DNA of 64,000 nucleotides from Escherichia coli (GTDB lineage Bacteria; Pseudomonadota; Gammaproteobacteria; Enterobacterales; Enterobacteriaceae): NCBI RefSeq assembly GCF_050920415.1, contig NZ_CP169309.1; one strand, 5' to 3'. Shown piece by piece: positions 62,399 to 64,000 of this stretch (position 1 is its first letter; each line of letters starts with the position of its first letter). The notes under the pieces were generated by a model. It saw only the letters and a program-made list of their open reading frames with translations, ran no database searches and was not told where the DNA came from. The position numbers and the translations under genes were made by a program.

Positions 62399-63029
62399 AT
62401 GAAGGGTCAACCAGAAGCCAGCTAAGGATCGTCTCTTTGATGACCTTACGCCTGGCTTCCAGTGCCTGCGGTGAAACCATACTGATGTGATAAACCAGGC
62501 CAAGCGTATGTTGGTTGATCAAATAATATCCTCCAAGAGCAGCAATATTAATATTCACCTGCAACGGGTCGATATCTGGCTTAAAAATATTGCGCCGTTT
62601 GCCTTCAGCTAATAATGACTCCATTAACTGTAAGTGTGCGTGGTTAATTTCTAAAAGGCGCTGTGATTTTGCATAATGCACCCCTTTACTCTGGTTTTCA
62701 CTATGCACAATTTTTAAAAACCAGGGGTTAGCAATGTAATAATCCCAGGTGAAATCGATAATTTTCTCAATGGCTTTTTGTGGCGGAAGACCTGAGAAAT
62801 CAAGGGATTTTTCTTTTTGCCGAATATCATTCCAGGTATATTCCAGCACTTCGATAAATAAATTTTCTTTATTACCAAAGTGATGATAAACCGTCTGTTT
62901 ACTGCACTCCGCGGCCTTGACGATATTATCGACTCTGGCCCCTTCGTAACCATATTCGGCAAATTCATTAACCGCACATAACAACAGCTTTTCCTTCAGG
63001 CTTTGTACGTTGCTGGTATCAAGATACAT
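62382..63029 (-). CDS. TetR/AcrR-family transcriptional regulator (uncertain whether this is the ytfA locus)
   Basis: 215-aa ORF from ATG at 63029 ([58 protein letters not shown]), classic TetR N-terminal HTH; 3' end overlaps ytfB by 17 nt. Confidence 0.75.
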
Positions 63030-63151
63030 TCCGCTTCCCCACGTCTTCTTCGTGATGACTATCTTAACCCGATTTGTTAGAAGCTCCACTAAAATGGCTA
63101 AAAACTCGCAATTTCATCGGGTTATCAAATGCTCTGTGATCATTATCGCAT

Positions 63152-63173
63152 ATCAACCAACTAGATGGTTGAT
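63152..63173. promoter_or_regulatory. Candidate TetR operator in divergent intergenic region
   Basis: atcaacca actaga tggttgat, perfect 8-bp inverted repeat with 6-bp spacer. Confidence 0.5.
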
Positions 63174-63240
63174 CTTTCTTGCCACACATTGCAAGCTAAT
63201 CGTCACTTAAGGAAATAATATTCAAAAAGAGGGTTATTGT

Positions 63241-64000
63241 ATGAAGTCAACACGTCCTGTTGCTGTCATCACTGGAGCCGCACGTGGTATTGGAAAGGGC
63301 TGTGCACTGGAACTTGCGCGTGGCGGATTTAATCTGCTGATTAATGATCGTCCGGATGCCGACAGCGTAGAAAAATTACATGCCACACAACAAGAATGTC
63401 TGGCGGAAGGCGTGGAAGTGATTTGCTTCCCTGCTGATGTTGGCGATCTCTCCCTTCATGAAGAGATGCTCGACGCGGCGCAAAACCAGTGGGGACGTCT
63501 GGACTGTCTACTCAACAACGCAGGCATTTCAGTGAAAAAACGCGGTGACCTCCTCGACCTCGAACCAGACAGCTTCGACCAAAACATTGCCATTAACACC
63601 CGTGCGCCGTTCTTCCTTGCTCAGGCATTCAGTAAGCGATTACTGGCACAGCCGAAACCGGAAGCAGAACTGCCGCACCGCTCGATTATTTTTGTCAGTT
63701 CCATAAACGCCATCATGCTGGCGATGAATCGCGGCGAATATACCATTGCAAAAACTGCCGTCTCCGCCGCAGCTCGTCTGTTTGCCGCTCGCCTTTGCAA
63801 TGAACAAATTGGCGTTTATGAAGTGCGCCCTGGCCTAATCAAAACCGATATGACCATTCCGGCAACGGCTTATTACGACGAACTGATTGCTAAGGGGTTA
63901 GTGCCGTGGGGACGTTGGGGTTATCCGGCTGATATTGCCTCAACGGTCCGCGCGATGGCGGAAGGCAAACTGATTTACACCTGTGGTCAGGCGGTCGCCA
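63241..64000 (+). CDS. Short-chain dehydrogenase/reductase, 5' portion (runs off window end)
   Basis: My own translation from ATG at 63241: MKSTRPVAVITGAARGIGKGCALELARGGF... with TGxxxGIG and YxxxK (YTIAK) motifs; open to position 64000. Confidence 0.75.
   Translation, partial: MKSTRPVAVITGAARGIGKGCALELARGGFNLLINDRPDADSVEKLHATQQECLAEGVEVICFPADVGDLSLHEEMLDAAQNQWGRLDCLLNNAGISVKKRGDLLDLEPDSFDQNIAINTRAPFFLAQAFSKRLLAQPKPEAELPHRSIIFVSSINAIMLAMNRGEYTIAKTAVSAAARLFAARLCNEQIGVYEVRPGLIKTDMTIPATAYYDELIAKGLVPWGRWGYPADIASTVRAMAEGKLIYTCGQAVA

Overview
This window reads as a largely core Escherichia coli chromosomal segment, syntenic with the K-12 idnR-yjgR-lptGF-pepA-holC-valS ... pyrBI-ridA-mgtA-treRBC-nrdDG ... 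tamAB-msrA ... cycA-fklB-ytfB region, in inverted orientation relative to K-12 numbering. Gene identities are recognised from memory of the translated proteins; no database search was run. About 60 protein-coding genes are called, with start codons corrected where the ORF track begins at an upstream alternative start. No tRNA, rRNA, CRISPR array, integrase or intact IS element was found. Non-coding content includes several REP/BIME clusters, intrinsic terminator hairpins, the pyrBI attenuator, the mgtL/mgtA Mg2+ leader with a PhoP box, ARG boxes at argI, an NsrR palindrome at ytfE and FNR-like sites at nrdD. I did not find a clear multi-gene novel system. The most unusual items are: (1) a 151-aa ORF between ridA and mgtA pairing a transposase-OrfA-like HTH with predicted membrane helices; (2) a ppa-ytfP gap with no chpSB toxin-antitoxin ORFs; (3) a cybC allele with a stop at codon 3; (4) AT-rich orphan genes yjgL (with an in-frame 24-bp tandem repeat) and ytfI; (5) a divergent TetR/SDR pair with a perfect operator-like inverted repeat at the right edge.
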